This document shows positions 26,899 through 44,200 of a stretch of DNA of 64,000 nucleotides, piece by piece. The stretch is from Octopus sinensis (Eukaryota), in NCBI RefSeq assembly GCF_006345805.1, contig NC_043015.1:53320001-53384000 (forward strand), read 5' to 3'. The notes below the pieces were generated by a model. It saw only the letters and a program-made list of their open reading frames with translations. It made no database searches and was not told where the DNA came from. Position 1 is the first letter of the stretch; every line of letters begins with the position of its first letter. The position numbers and the translations under genes are program-made.

Positions 26899-28247
26899 TG
26901 AATGTCTACCTTGTAACAGAGCTAGACAATGTGGTCAATTTTGTTATTAATATTTTCCTTTATATTTTACGGTCAAAGTTATACATATACCGCCCCCAAA
27001 GGAAATTAGATTGCATAAACCCGAAATATGATTAAAACAAAATAACATATAACAAAATAAAAGAGAAAATAAATATATTGAATACACGAAAAAAAATTTT
27101 CTGAAAATGAAAACAATAAATATTTCGAGAGGAAAAAGTCAGCATAAGTGTTGTAACCAATAACCAAGTGTTTTGGCTTAAATTTATGGTTTTGTGCCTT
27201 TGTAAAGGCGTCAGGGCACCGGACAAAGTGCATTGGTATATTTACTATTTATTCTCAGTTCAAATGCCGCTAAATTAAGCTTTAATTCACATTCTTCAGG
27301 GCTTGATAAAATAAAGAAATGAAGGGAAATAAAATGAAGAGAAATAACCCAGAATTCGCGATACACAGATATTGTTTTGAGCTGAGTGGGGGTGCTAGAT
27401 TCCCTTGTTCGAAAATATAAGGATACAGATCGTGTCGTATAGCCAGAGACGATATCTCCTGGGGCTAAATTACAGCAACATTAGTCCTAAACCAGGACTG
27501 CCATGTTATGTTGGCAAATGATCTTTACTACAAAATACTGTTGCTGAATATCTCACGTTGTGAGATTTTAAAATAGTAATTTTCTAAAATAAAGAAAGAA
27601 GTCAAATTCTGGAATTGATTTACCCGTCTAAGGTCTCGCCCCCAAAATCTTTACGCTTCTGGTTGAGTTAGAAAAAGCCATTATTGCTGGTTGTATGATA
27701 TATAAATTGTGATATCAACGAAGGGCTATATGATTTGGTGGGAGTTCAAATCCCACCAAAGTTAACGTTTGACTTACATCATTTCAATATTCATAAAAAT
27801 GAAATACCAGTTAAAACCTAGGGCTTGAAGCTGATCGAATCTTATTTCAAGAATCTCTAGGCTTGTGTCTACGTTTAAAAAAATGTTATTATTGCATGTT
27901 ATGAGTTAAAGTCTAAGTAGTGTCTCAAATCCTCGGATTCTTAGGTCCAGTTCTCCGGTCTCCATGGAATACATAATTGACCAATTTCCCCCCACCCCCC
28001 GAAAGGGACGTTCGTCCGTCACAGAGTTCCACATTTACAGCTGAGTGAACCGGAGCAATGTGAAATGAATTATTGTGCTCAAGAATGCAATGCACAGCCT
28101 GGTCCGAGTAACGAAACTTCGATCTTGCGATCATGAGTACAACAGCCTAACCAGGTGACCGTGTGCCTTCGCTGCCGTATCAACGTAGAGTTATTTAATT
28201 ACGTTCTGAGTTCAAATCCTGTTAAGGTTAATTTTATTGTTTTATTC

Positions 28248-28630
28248 TTTTCTTTTACTTGTTTCGGTTATTTGCTTCTGACCATGCTGAAGCACCGCAT
28301 TGAAGGCGGTTAGTCGAACAAATCGACTTCAGGACTAATGTTTAAAGCCTAGTACTTATTCTAGGTTACGGGACGGAAACACACCAACGCCGGTTGTCAA
28401 GCGGTGATGGGGGACAAACATAGACACAAAGACACACGCACACACACACGCACACACACACACAGGTATATACCTGTATACATATACAGCGGATTTCTTT
28501 CATTTTCTGTCTACCAAATCCACTCACAAGACTTTGGTTGGCCGGAGGTTATAGTAGAAGAGAAGACAGTTCCCCAAGGACGGAACCCAGAACCATGTGG
28601 TTGGGAAGCAAGCTTCTTACCACACAGTCG
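28248..28630 (-). mobile_element. SINE family B nested in a family A SINE
   Basis: Family B sequence with family A head (28200) and tail (28655-28755) on either side. Confidence 0.75.
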
Positions 28631-29003
28631 TCTTTCATTCTTTCCAGATTAATAAAATAAATGAACTAATCAAAAATTGGGGTCGATTTAATTGACTAAT
28701 TCGATCCCTGACACCCAAACCACAAATTTCTGGCCTTGTGCCTATGACAGAAACATTATTATTCTTAATTATAAGATGGCTGAAGAGTAGAATCGGTAGA
28801 GCGTTATATAGTTACGTTGTGAGTTCAAATCCTGTCGAATCTACATTGCCTTTCATCTTCCAAAGATCGATAATATAAGTACAAGTTATACACTGTGATC
28901 GATTTAATCGACTGAATCATCATCATTGTCCAGCCACCACCCTTGCACCACCACATTGTCGCACACATATTCAAACACACACACACATATATTTGTGCGT
29001 CTG

Positions 29004-29042
<39 letters not shown>

Positions 29043-29487
29043 ACATATATGTACTTGCATATATGTGTGTGTGCGTGAAAATATATATCTACACACATAT
29101 GCTCATACACGTATATGCATACATGAATGTATGTATGTACGTATATATATTGATATATATCTTTATATATATGTATATATATATTATATGATATATGTAT
29201 ATATGTATAATAGATATAAAATATATATATACACACATACATATACACACATATATATATTTATGTATGTACGTATGTATATAGATGTCTCCACCCCTTC
29301 ACGAAACTTAACTTGTGACTACACTTCTTTCCTCCTCCCTCAACACTTTTTCAACTTTTCCCCGTTTTTCTACTTCTTTTCCTTTTCTATTTATTTCCTG
29401 TGTTTATGTTCTTTCTTTTCTTCTTTTTTGTTTTGCCTCACCTCTATGCGTCTCTCTCTCTCTCTCTTTTCTCAATCTGCTCCACCT

Positions 29488-29519
<32 letters not shown>

Positions 29520-29945
29520 TTCCTTCCATTTCTAACGTCCATAGTCTTCACTAACTCAAACCCCCACTCCAGCCACGCCCAACCACCTCTACTACTACTT
29601 TGCCAAAGTCACCACACTGCCCCCTTAACTAACCAACACCACCCCTCCTCCCCCCTCACGTCAAACTGCCAGTAATTACAAAAGCCTTTGATGTAGGTAA
29701 CCATTATTAGTGATCTGCGTTTTAGGTAAAAACGTAAGAGGTGGGGGCCATGTGTGGCGGGGGAAGGTTTCGAATCGTATGACTGAGTGATCAAATACCT
29801 TCTGATGTCCACACACCCCTCCAAATACACCTTTCTGCATCTCTCTCTCTCTCTCTCTCTCTCGTTCTTTTCTGTCTACCTCTCGTTCTATATCACGCTC
29901 ATTGTCCTTTCCTCTCTCTCCCATTCCTTCCCTCCGGTTCCCTAT

Positions 29946-29977
<32 letters not shown>

Positions 29978-30027
29978 GTATGCGTGTATGTAAGCGTATA
30001 TATATATACATATACATATACATATAC

Positions 30028-30072
<45 letters not shown>

Positions 30073-30799
30073 GTATGTGTATATATATATATACACATAT
30101 ATATATGTATCTTGCGGTAACTATCTATCTATCTATCTATATCTATATATATATATATATATATATATAATTATGTGTGTGTGTGTGTGTGCATACGCAC
30201 GTATATATGTGTACACATATATTTGTTTGCACGTGTCCGTGCGTCTGCGCGTGTGTCTGTGTCTGTGTGTTTATGTGTGTGCGTGTGTGTGTGTGTGTGT
30301 GTCCTATCTCACTTGGTGTCCAGATGTAAGATAAACTTTATCTGCAAAAACTCACAAACCCACCTACCCTGCTAAAATACCCACACACGACACACCTCTA
30401 TGACACCACACCCACCAACATCAGACACACCACACACTTATATTCGCGCGCACTTCCCACCGCCTTCTAATTAGCATGGCCCCACCTCCCACTCTTAATC
30501 TCCCTCCTATTCTTATCCTCACACTCCTCTCTACTCTTGCTACCCCTCAAACTATTAGTCTTCCTCGTATATACCTTCTCTCCTTCCTCCTTCTTTCACT
30601 CCTGCTCCTTTTCACCCTCTTCCTCCACTACACCAGGAGATCGATTTTACCAATACAATATCACGAGAGCCAAAAAAAACACAACAACAAAACAAAATAA
30701 GCAAGTCTTTTAATTCCCATCTCTACACCATCGCAGTTCCACTTCACCCCCCCCCCACGCCTAACCCCGCCCTTAATGTCACCCCCACTCACACCCCCA

Positions 30800-30938
30800 T
30801 CGAAATTACCATCACGAGTAACGCCATCACCACCACCACCACCACCACCACAATCATTACTACCATGTACAACGACGCCATTACTGTTGCTCCTCCTCCT
30901 CCCCCTCCTCCTACTACTACTACTACTACTACTACTAC

Positions 30939-30975
<37 letters not shown>

Positions 30976-31442
30976 GCGACTACCTTCATTGGCAACATCG
31001 TCATCGCCGTCGGCGTCGTCGTCATCGTCGTCGTTGTCGTAAAGATGATGGCACCGTCGCCATCATCAGCAGTAAAAGCAGAAGCAACAGCAACACTATC
31101 ATCGTCATCGTGGTCGTCATCACCGTCGACATTATCGTGTCCTCATCGTCATCACCGCGACAATCGTCATACCATCGTCGTTGTCGTTGTCGCCATCACC
31201 ATCATCAGTGTCGCCGTCGTCATCATCATCGTCATCATCATTCCCCATCATCATCATCAGCAGCATCATCATCATCACCATCATCGTCGTCGTCGTCCTC
31301 ATCATTCACCATCATCATCATCATCAGCATCAGCATCATCGTCATCATCATCATCACCATCATCGTCGTCGTCGGCATCATCATTCACCATCATCATCAT
31401 CATCGTCATCATCATCGTCATCATCATCATCGTCATCATCAT
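30800..31442. repeat. Compound trinucleotide low-complexity tract (CAT/CGT/CTA/AAT)
   Basis: Direct reading. Confidence 0.9.
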
Positions 31443-31542
31443 NNNNNNNNNNNNNNNNNNNNNNNNNNNNNNNNNNNNNNNNNNNNNNNNNNNNNNNNNN
31501 NNNNNNNNNNNNNNNNNNNNNNNNNNNNNNNNNNNNNNNNNN
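31443..31542. other. Assembly gap (100 N)
   Basis: Run of N. Confidence 1.
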
Positions 31543-32217
31543 ATATATATATATATATATACATGCACACATGGACATATAAACTATGAAGAATTAAAAG
31601 CAAAAGAAAAAGCGGGAATAGTATCAGCAAGCGGAGCAGCTGTGAGTTAATCTAGAAAATCTACCTACAACGATCAATGCTAGGTGCGTCCTTATCGTCT
31701 TATATTATAACAGATAACACCAAACGCTCTGTCACACCTTCACACGCCCCTCACCCACAAACACACGCACACAGTCCCTCTTTCTTCCCTTCCGTCTGTA
31801 CTTCTCTCTTTCTTTTCTCTTTATCCCTATTTTCTCCCACTCGCCCTGTCTCTCCCTCTCCTCCTGTCTCAGCTTCTCTTCACAATTTTAGCGAAGAAAG
31901 ACCAACATTGCATAATTATCTGTTAACAATTCCTTTTTATTCCGTTGAATTGCCTAGTAATTACCCGTTATTGCTACTCACATTCACATCAAATAACAAA
32001 ATATCCGAAGAAAGACACAAACAAAACATAGATTTGCACTTAAATTTATATAAAAGTTGAGTTTTATTTATTCATTTAGCTTTCTCTTCCATTACAATTT
32101 TATGTTAGCGTTTTTTTCTATTTTCATGTATTTTCATTCGGTTTTCTTGACTTTTCTTCTTTATTATTCTCGTGTCTTTAACATAAAATTGTTTGTATTA
32201 CAGTTCAGTATTTTTCC

Positions 32218-32299
<82 letters not shown>

Positions 32300-32410
32300 T
32301 CATGTTATCCGTATACGTATATACTTAAGGATATATGTCTGCATACATATATATGTATGTGTGTGTACATATATATATGTATATATTTCTCTCTCTCTTT
32401 ATATATATAT

Positions 32411-32458
<48 letters not shown>

Positions 32459-32642
32459 TATATACACTCACGCATTTGTGTATGTACATTATGAATGTGT
32501 GTGTAAGTATATGCATATGCATAATATGAACGCATGTATTGTATATATTTCTATGTATTTGTCCATATATTTATATATATATATATATATGTATATACAT
32601 ACATATGTATGTATATGTATATACCTACACACATACATACAT

Positions 32643-32700
<58 letters not shown>

Positions 32701-33898
32701 GAAGAGAAGGAGAAAGAGAGAGAGTGACGTGTATGTGTGAATTTTATTTTTTTCTTTCGGTTTTATCCTTGAGTAACTTTTAATAAATGGACACAAGTAA
32801 AATGGATCAGATTTTGTGCAAGTGTGAAGAAATAAAGCGCGAAATAAGAAAATAACAAAGCTCGAAACAAAACAAAGAACCAGATGCATAAACACAAACA
32901 ATACACAAATATAAAATATATAAACAAAATTTTAAAAAATCATAAAATAGAATAAAATACATTCTTGACTATATAAACAAAGAAACCAACACATGTGACC
33001 ACCACCTCTCATACCAGTGTTGTGAATGCTACTGCGACTGCTTACAATAACAATACTACTGATAAGAAGAATTGTTAAAAACACACGGAAATTCGTACAA
33101 AATAATTCCAAAGAAAAGAAAAGGGAAAATTTTTAAAGGAAAAACGAGAAGAAAAAATTCAATAAAATTAAATATCAAATAAAATCAAAGGAAAAATAAC
33201 TTAAATAAAAAATAAAAAAGGCAACAGTCGTATTGTCGATAAGCTGTCTTGAAAAGTGAGAAGTGAGATTACGTGTCACGCCTTAAGCTTCTTAGCTTGA
33301 GATTGGTGAAAATTATAGGTATTATTCTCAAATTAGAAGCAATCGTTTTACGATGTGCAATTTACATATCAAAATTTCTCGTCGTCTTGTGGCTAAGATA
33401 CTTAGAGTAACGACGAAAAAAAAATTTAAATTAAAACTGTACTGTAGAGATTCTGGAATTATCTGTTTCATTAATACAGAGAAAAGCAATAATAATAAAA
33501 TAAAACGAAATGACATACATGTACAAATATTAAGCAAAAAAACATAGACATTTAAATAAATGATCTTTGCTATTCAGCTACGAGAAATATATATACAGAG
33601 GCATTCATAGATACACGTCGATACACAACGATAGTTTAAAATGTACGTCCACCATCTTTACATTAAATAATAAAGGAAGAAAGAAAGATAATAGGAAAAC
33701 TGAAGATCTGAAGAATTTATTTACATCGATATGTTAGAGTAAAATGGCTTAGTAACATTTCATTTGAGACTAAAAGACTAAAATTCCTGCTCTAGGCAAC
33801 TTGTGTGTGGATACGTATCAGTATGTATGTGTAAGTTACATGCATATACATACATACATACATACATATATATATATGTACGCATATATAAAATATAT

Positions 33899-33954
<56 letters not shown>

Positions 33955-34324
33955 GTATATAATATAATATTTGTGTGTGAATGCACGTGGCGCATTGGTT
34001 AGAACGTCGGGTTCTTTACACTGATATATATATATACATACACTAATATATGAAGTTGAAAGTACGCAATATATTATTCTCTTTTTGTCTCAGAGTAATG
34101 CCTTATTTTTCAATTATTAACACCATTCATCGATGTCTCTGCCTATGTCGGTCTTAAATCATTAATATTTATAAGTATTATCATTATAATATTGATGTTG
34201 TACCTAGGCGCATAGACTCATATATGTTGAGGGAAGGTTAAACACTTAATCTTAGTATTTGATTATTTTTCATGTTTTATTGACCCCGTTTAGCATTTAT
34301 CATTACTGTAATTACATTGAATTC

Positions 34325-35420
34325 TGGCGAGCTGGCAGAATCGTTAACGCGTCGGACAAATTTCTTAGCAGCATCTCTCCCAGACCTTGCCTTTCTGTGT
34401 TCAAATTCCACCAAGATCAGCTTCGTCTTTCATTCATTCGTCGTCGATAAATTAAGTATATGTCATGCACTGATCTAAATAAATCGACTGGTCCTCTTTT
34501 ACTCCACCAAAAAAAAAAAAGGAAAATTACTGGTCTCCACCCAATATTTTAAACCAAAGCTGGTGAGCTGGCAGAATCAAAAGAAATCCTTTAGACAATG
34601 TCTTCTAGCTCATTACGTTTTCAAATCAACTTCCGTCGAAGTCGACTTTGATTTTTATATTTTCGGGGTCGACATATCTAAATACCACTCATGTATATAG
34701 GTCGCTCTAATCTGCTCGCATTAAAATTGCTGGTTTTGTTCCGAAATTTGCAGCAAATATTGGAATTGTATTGATTTTTAAGTAGAAAAAATATTAGAAA
34801 TTGTTAAATGAGAGAACCATAGATTATATAAATTTCACCTCGGTGGTACTTGAAATCAGAAAGCACAGAGAGGGGTTTACTTCGATACAATCAACAACAG
34901 TATTTGACCGATATTTCCATCGATGTAAAAGGCAAGCTTGACCGTGGCAGAATTAAGCTTAAAGCATGGAGAGGGTGGAGAAATATCAGTAAGCATTCTG
35001 GTCGCCATTTTAACAATTCTGCCAATCTAACAACCCAAATGGATTAGAATGTTTTGAGTACTTAAAGGCGGCGAACTTGCAGAACCATTAGCATTTCGGG
35101 CAAAATCCTTTTTACGTTGAGTTTAAAGTCCACCGAGTTGACTCCTTTCACTATTCCGGGTTCGATAAAGCAAATAAAAACTGAGCACCGTAAGCACCCT
35201 AAGCCTCGAAATTGCAGGTCTCTTTCTAAACTTCATAACCAATATGCTAGGTACTTGACTGGAACTTTATTTTATCACCCCCACCCACAAGAACCTAGAG
35301 GAAAAGTTGTGCTGGTCTCTGCGACATTTGAACTCAGACCGTAAAGAGCTTGAAAAAAATAGGTACCGCAATGCATATATTGTTTTCTGAAACAGTAGCG
35401 ATTCTTCCATGTGGTTGCCT
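34325..35420. mobile_element. Cluster of old, diverged family A SINEs in both orientations
   Basis: Several degenerate GAGCTGGCAGAATC heads and GTCGATAAA cores. Confidence 0.6.
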
Positions 35421-35558
35421 TAAGAATGAAGTGTTTCCAGTTTGGGTACGAATTCAGCTGAGTTGAGGGACGGGATTTAGTCGATACTCGCAACTAGAGC
35501 GCTTAACTGGTTGTTTATTTATGAACTACTGACGGACGAGACGCAAAAGTCCTAATAC

Positions 35559-35593
<35 letters not shown>

Positions 35594-36204
35594 TCTCTCC
35601 GCTTTTTATATGCTCCTCTCTCCCCCTCTCTCTCTAGCAGTAAAATGCAGGATATTCTAAAGACAACAATTAGATCATGTCTGTGTTCGCATGCCACTAA
35701 AACCGACACTGGAATCAAGAAACGGTCGTTCGGTACAAACTACCAACCAGGTGTACTAAACGCTGCGAAATTTATTGAGGTAGATAGATGCACGTTCAGC
35801 CTTCCATAAAACAGTGCACTTCAATACAGAAGACCTGACCAGACTCAGGAATGTTAAGAAAATATCTATCATCAATGAGATGAGTAATGTAACACTGATC
35901 TGTTATCAATATTGTCTTTGTTAGCCATCTAAAAGACTCTATGAATATTAATACTTTTTTCGACCAATCAAATTCTTTGAATAGGTTCAACAAATGAGAA
36001 TCAGAAAATGAAGCCGATATCGAAAGAGTTAATGAAAGAGAACAAAGATATGGAAGAATGAAGAAGGGCAAGAATAATTTTTATACGATCCATACAGAGA
36101 TAAATACGAAATAAAATTGTAATAGATAAAAAAGAGAAAAATTATATCAATATTACTACTACTACTACTACTATACTACTACTACTACTACTACTACTAC
36201 TACA

Positions 36205-36238
<34 letters not shown>

Positions 36239-36263
36239 GTGTTTTGTCGATCTTATCATAAAG

Positions 36264-36305
<42 letters not shown>

Positions 36306-36339
36306 TTAATAATAATAATAATTATAATAATAATAATAC

Positions 36340-36766
36340 TTTCTATTATAGGCACAAGGCCTGAAATCTTTGGTGAAAAGGAAAAGTCGATTACATCGAT
36401 CCCAGTACGCAAATGGTATTTATTTCATCGAGCCCGAAGGAAAGAAAGGCAAAAATCGATCTAGGTGGAAATTTGAACCCAGAACGAAATACTGCCAAGC
36501 ATTTCGCCGCCTTAATAATAATAACAATTATAATAATAATAATAACAATGGTTTCAAATTTTGCCACAAGAGTAGCCATTTGTGGGGGAGGGTATAAATC
36601 GATTCCATCGATCCGCAGTGTTTCACTGATAATTAATTTATCGATCACGAAAGGGTGAAAGGCAAAGTGCACCTCGGCGGAATTTGATCTCAGAACGTAA
36701 CGCCAGACAAAATACCGCTAATGATTTCGCCTGGCGTGCTAACGATTTTGCCAGATCGCTGCCTTA
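36340..36766 (-). mobile_element. Two family A SINEs in (AAT)n
   Basis: AGGCACAAGGCC tail; CCTCGGCGGAATTTGA core. Confidence 0.75.
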
Positions 36767-36769
36767 GCA

Positions 36770-38600
<1,831 letters not shown>

Positions 38601-38607
38601 TTAATAT

Positions 38608-38893
38608 GACGAAAATTATATGAGAATGATCCCTGGCTTACCATCCCTGCAAGAAGTGCAAAAGATTGTCTTAACTGGTACATCACACGTATTGAGAAGA
38701 GCATTGTCGATGTGAGAACTGTTGCTGCTCATGTATTTTAATTTAACTTTAAAAAAAAAATAAAAAAAATGAACGAACTACTGAGTTTGGTTTAATGGAC
38801 TACCAACGTATACTATGAGTTTCTTTGCCCTAGGAGTCGGGAAGACACTCGGCAAGAAATGGAAGTAAATTTGAAAGAAGGAAAAACAAAAAA
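38608..38893 (+). mobile_element. 3' fragment of the same Dong-like LINE
   Basis: Nearly identical to 44113-44386; embedded in (AAT)n. Confidence 0.9.
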
Positions 38894-38927
<34 letters not shown>

Positions 38928-38994
38928 TATTAATAATGATAATAATAATGATAATAATAAAAAAAAAAAAAATAATAATAATAATAATAATAAT

Positions 38995-39200
38995 CCTTTC
39001 TTCTTAAGGCACAAGGCCTGGAATTTATAGGGAGTGGGATAGTCGATTGCATGGACTCCAGTACTTGACCGGTAATTAATTTATCGACCCCGAAAAGTTG
39101 AAAAGCAAAGTCGACTTCAGCGGAATTTGAACTCAGATAGGCAAAATGCCGCTAAGCATGTTGCTCGGCTTGCTAACAATTCTACCAGCTCACCGCCTTA
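38995..39200 (-). mobile_element. SINE family A
   Basis: Full-length reverse complement copy. Confidence 0.8.
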
Positions 39201-39392
39201 ATAATGATAATAATAATAATAATAATAAAATATAATGATAATAATTATAATTATAATATGCATGTGCCGGTGTACCTTTATCAGACGGGTAGTCATGATG
39301 GGTATATTGGGCTTCGTATATTTTACCCCAGTGTCACTTTGATGGCATGAACTGCTCTCTCACTCAATAATAATAATAATAATAATAATAAT

Positions 39393-39438
<46 letters not shown>

Positions 39439-39446
39439 TAATAATC

Positions 39447-39493
<47 letters not shown>

Positions 39494-39494
<1 letters not shown>

Positions 39495-40051
39495 TGCCCT
39501 GGTGCAGTACCAGTCAGTCAGTGGCTCTCATGGCTTCCGAACTTAACTGACTGGAAGTGTTACGTACACTGTTTTGTCTTGGTATAAAACATGGGCTACA
39601 TCAAATATTCTGCTTAATACCACATATTTGCTTGTCAGTTGTTTAAACTTAACTAGTTGAGCATGTCCCTTTGAGGCTGACGATATGTGCATCTCTGGTC
39701 ATGAGCAGAAGTAGTGAGGGCGCATCATAGACATGTGTTGAAAGGAATTCTTTGGGATTTGGATAAATCACCATTGGAAACATGGGTGTTTCGTTCAACA
39801 TCCTTAAAGAACGCCTATTCAGTGATCTTTTGAGCGGGATGGGCTACCCAACCTGAAGAAAATTCTAACTGGGCTCCACCTGCAAGGGCATGTGCTGTTT
39901 ATCTTGATATGAGATCACCATGTTGCGCACATAAGGTTGTGATGCATATGCCTGGTGTAACCTAATCAGACGGGTAGTGATGGTGGGTATATTGGGCTTT
40001 GTGTATTTTTACCCCTTTGTTACTTTGATGGCATGCACTGCTATTCACTCA
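39494..40051 (+). mobile_element. ~555 bp non-coding (AAT)n-associated repeat, apparently full length
   Basis: Copies at 24168-24490, 24555-25071, 39259-39366 and 40085-40360; they end at or near CTCTCTCACTC-(AAT)n. Confidence 0.75.
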
Positions 40052-41129
40052 ATAATAATAATAAATACTCTGTTATATGTAAATACCTGGCAGTGGCTCT
40101 CATGATTTCTGATCTTAACTGGTCGGAAGTGTTTCCATGAATGTGTTGTGTTCCTGTAAAAAGTGGGCTATTCGATCTGGAGAACATTCTAACTGAGACC
40201 CACCTGCAAGATCAATGCACTGTTTATCTTGATGTCAGGTCAACATGGTCGGGCTGCATGCCCTTAGAGTACATTTATCAGACGGGTGCTAGGGATAGGT
40301 ATATTCAGCTTCGTATATTTGTATCCACTGTCACTTTGATGGCGTGTACTACTCTTTAACTCTATAATAATATTAACAACACCACCAACAACAGTAATAA
40401 TAACAATAATAATAATAATAATAATAATAATATAAATACGATATGTTGATGCATAATATATAGAAAGCAAAATTAAAAATGAATTATATATTTATATACA
40501 TTTGCATGTGTGTGCATATATATATATATACATGTATGTAGGGTTGCGTATGTGTGGGTGTGTTTTATGCATTTACGTGTATATGAATACGTATGCATGT
40601 AAACATATTCGCTCACGTATATATATATATATACAGATACGCGCATACACAAATACATATATATATATGTATAGACACATACATATAAGTATACACACAA
40701 TTACGTATACACACACGCATACATACACACACTCTTATGCATATATACACTGAAGTACAAAAAAGAAAAATATTGAGTTAGAGGAACAAAAATATCACTG
40801 CACAACCACCAACTATATAATATACAATTGAAACTATCGACGCATGTAAAAAAAACAAACTAAAAAACAATATACGACAATAAAGTACAAAGTATAAATT
40901 TTCATCTACATCGAAAAAGTTTATTAATAACATCGAGGTCTTATTAATTTACTAATTTTGTATTACAAGTGAGATATTTGAAAAAGTCTCTTAATAATTT
41001 GTAAAACATCTTTGTGTGTTACCCATGAAGTAAGAAGATGGGAAAATATGGAAAATGTACAATATTTTCATGTGACAATGATCAATATTGCTGACTAAAT
41101 GGATATAGATTCTGAAATCTATCTATCTG

Positions 41130-41249
<120 letters not shown>

Positions 41250-44200
41250 CGCTTGAAGTTGTAAGACATACAAGTATGAATGATAGAGAACCACTTCATA
41301 AACTCTCAAATACAAACCAAATAAAAAACAAATCCAAAATTGGCAACTATGTAACAAATGAAATAATACGAGAATTAAAACCTGATTTTACTGAGTTAAA
41401 TGAAATTATTTACGCTTCTGCTAGGGCAATTGAAACCAGCTGTATGCTCCCGAAAAAACAAAGAAAACAAAACCTGGGAAGAAATCAACCTGGAGAAGTA
41501 AAATTAATTGAAAAAGAGTTTGAATTTATGAGAGGGGAAATATCAATATTAAATGAACTAATATGTGGAAATGATGTAAGATCGAGAAGGAAGAAAGATG
41601 AAGAGAAAATTTGGATCCTCACCAAGAGAAGAACTGATATCAATAAAAGAACGCTGAAACAAAAAGTCCAAGCAAAAGCCCAAAGAATACGAAGATTTGA
41701 GAGAGAGAGAAACAAGTTTTACAAGCAAAATAAGCTGTTCACATCCAATGCCAAAAAATTCTACAGAGAATAGGTAAGGAGAAAGTAACCGTTAAAGACC
41801 CCCTCCCATGGAAGAAGTTCAAAACTTTTGGAAAAGGATTTGGAGTGACAAGAAGACGTACAACATAAATGCAGACTGGATTATACAAACTGAAGGATCC
41901 TACCAAAATTTACAACAACAAGCATGGGAAGACATCACAATATCAGACCTAAGAAAGGCACTCACGAAGGCCCATAATGGAAATCCCCCGGTAAGATAGG
42001 GTGCCGAATTTCTGGCTCGCATCGCTCCCGTGCGCACACGGTAAGCTAGTTCAGCTGCTCAATGGAATTATGAGAGACCCAAAGAAAACACCTGAATGGT
42101 TAGCAAGTGGCATTACTTACTACTCCCAAAGAATAACGAAACCAACCTTCCAAAAAACTATCGGCTATAACCTGTCTATCCACCACGTATAAAATCCTAA
42201 CATCTATCCTGGCGGAGAAAACATATGCATTCATGGAGAAGAACGATATTTTCCCCATTGAACAAAAGGGTGCCGCCGAGGCTCTTACGGATGCAAAGAT
42301 CAACTGCTAATCAATCGTATGATCCTTGAGACTGTCACAAGCGCAAGCGCAGAAATCTCAGCACCGCATGGATTGACTATAAAAAGGCCTTCGACAGTAT
42401 ACCGCATCCATGGATCTTGAGATCGCTGGACATCTTCAAAATTTCCCCTGTGATTTCAAACTTCCTGAAGCACAATATGTCGTTGTGGAATACGAATCTC
42501 CAATTATACCACTCTAATGGAGTACTTGCCTCAGAAAATATAAACATCAACTGTGGAATTTTTCAAGGTGACTCACTTTCACCTTTAATTTCTGCATAGC
42601 CCTAATACCCCTTACAAGTGAATTAAACAGAACAAGGTATGGGTATAAAATTGCCAATAAAAAAATAAGCCATCTATTTTATATGGATGACTTAAAACTT
42701 TATGGTAAAGACAATAATGAACTTGAGGCCTATTGCGCACCGTGAAATCATTCAGCGATGACATCGGGATGGAGTTTGGACTTGAGAAGTGTGCCAAGGC
42801 CACTTTCCAGAAAGGGAAAGTGAAGACCACAAATCAGTCGTGTTAGATGTTGACACAGTCATAAGAGAGCTTGAGCAAGAACAAAACAACAATATTTAGG
42901 GATAATAAATGAAGGCTCTGGTATTCAGCATGCAAGCATGAAAGAGAAAATCAGGAAGGAAGTTATAGGAGAGTTCGTGCAGTCCTGAAATCTGAACTAA
43001 ATGCACGTAACAAGGTGTTAGCTATAAATCCCTAGCGTTCCATGTAACTTATAGCTACAATGTGTTGAACTGGAATATGAGTGAAGTAAAGAATATAGAT
43101 AGAAAAATACGCAAGCTGCTGAGTTGTAATAGGATGCACCACCCAAAGGCAGACGTAGATCGCCTTTACCTTCCCAGAGCCAAGGAGGTCGGCCTGATCC
43201 AATTTGAACTAGCTTACAAAACAACCACAATTGGACTGGCCAAATATCTCGAATATCGAATGACTGGATGCTAAAGCTCGTGGAAAATCACGAGAGACGA
43301 AAGAGGCTTCATTCTATCATCAGGAAAGCAAAAAATTTGCTATTGATCTCGTGCAGGATACCCAAACTGAACAACCCGAGGGAAGTACGGCAACTATTGT
43401 TGCAAAGAGGTGAAAATGATGGCAATGAAAAAAGCGCACGAGCAATTGGCTGATAGGTGGGAGGAGAAACCTCTGCACGGCAAATATGTGACCCGCAGCA
43501 AACAAGCTGATGTTGACCAGAAGCAAACCATCAGTGGCTGCGGAGCTCAGGCTAAAAGCAGAGAGCGAAGGTTCATCCAGGCTGCTCAAGACCAAAGCCT
43601 ATCAACCCGAACTACCTGGCCAATGTGATGAAAAATGGAGCAGACACAAAATGCCGATTCTGCAACGACATGACTGAAAAAGTGGACCACCTAATCTCTG
43701 GATGTAAAGTCTTAGCACCAGTGGGTATAAATTAAGACATGACAGAGTTGGCCAATATCTCCACTGGCTAATAAGTCGGCATTACAATATCAAAACTGCC
43801 GACAAGTGGTATAATCACCACCCTGAGGCTGTAACTGAAGGAGAAAATGTAACCATTCTGTGGGACTTTCCAGTACATACAGACCGAACCATCAAGGCCA
43901 ATAAACCACAGATATTTTGTGAAAGACCAAAACAATAAAGTTTGCTTATTGATCGACATGAGCATCCCCTGTGATCATAATACCTCAGCGAAAGAGTTTG
44001 ACAAGCTCAGAAAATATAAAGACCTACTCATTGAAATTGAGAAAATGTGGCATCTCAAGGCGGTTACAATACCAGTGATCGTAGGAGCACTAGGAATGAT
44101 CAAGAAGGGAACCGAAAATTATATGAGAATGATCCCTGGCTTACCATCCCTGCAAGAAGTGCAAAAGATTGTCTTAACTGGTACATCACACGTATTGAGA

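Noticed and set aside
30865-31650. 261 aa ORF
   Set aside because: Trinucleotide low-complexity sequence spanning an N gap.
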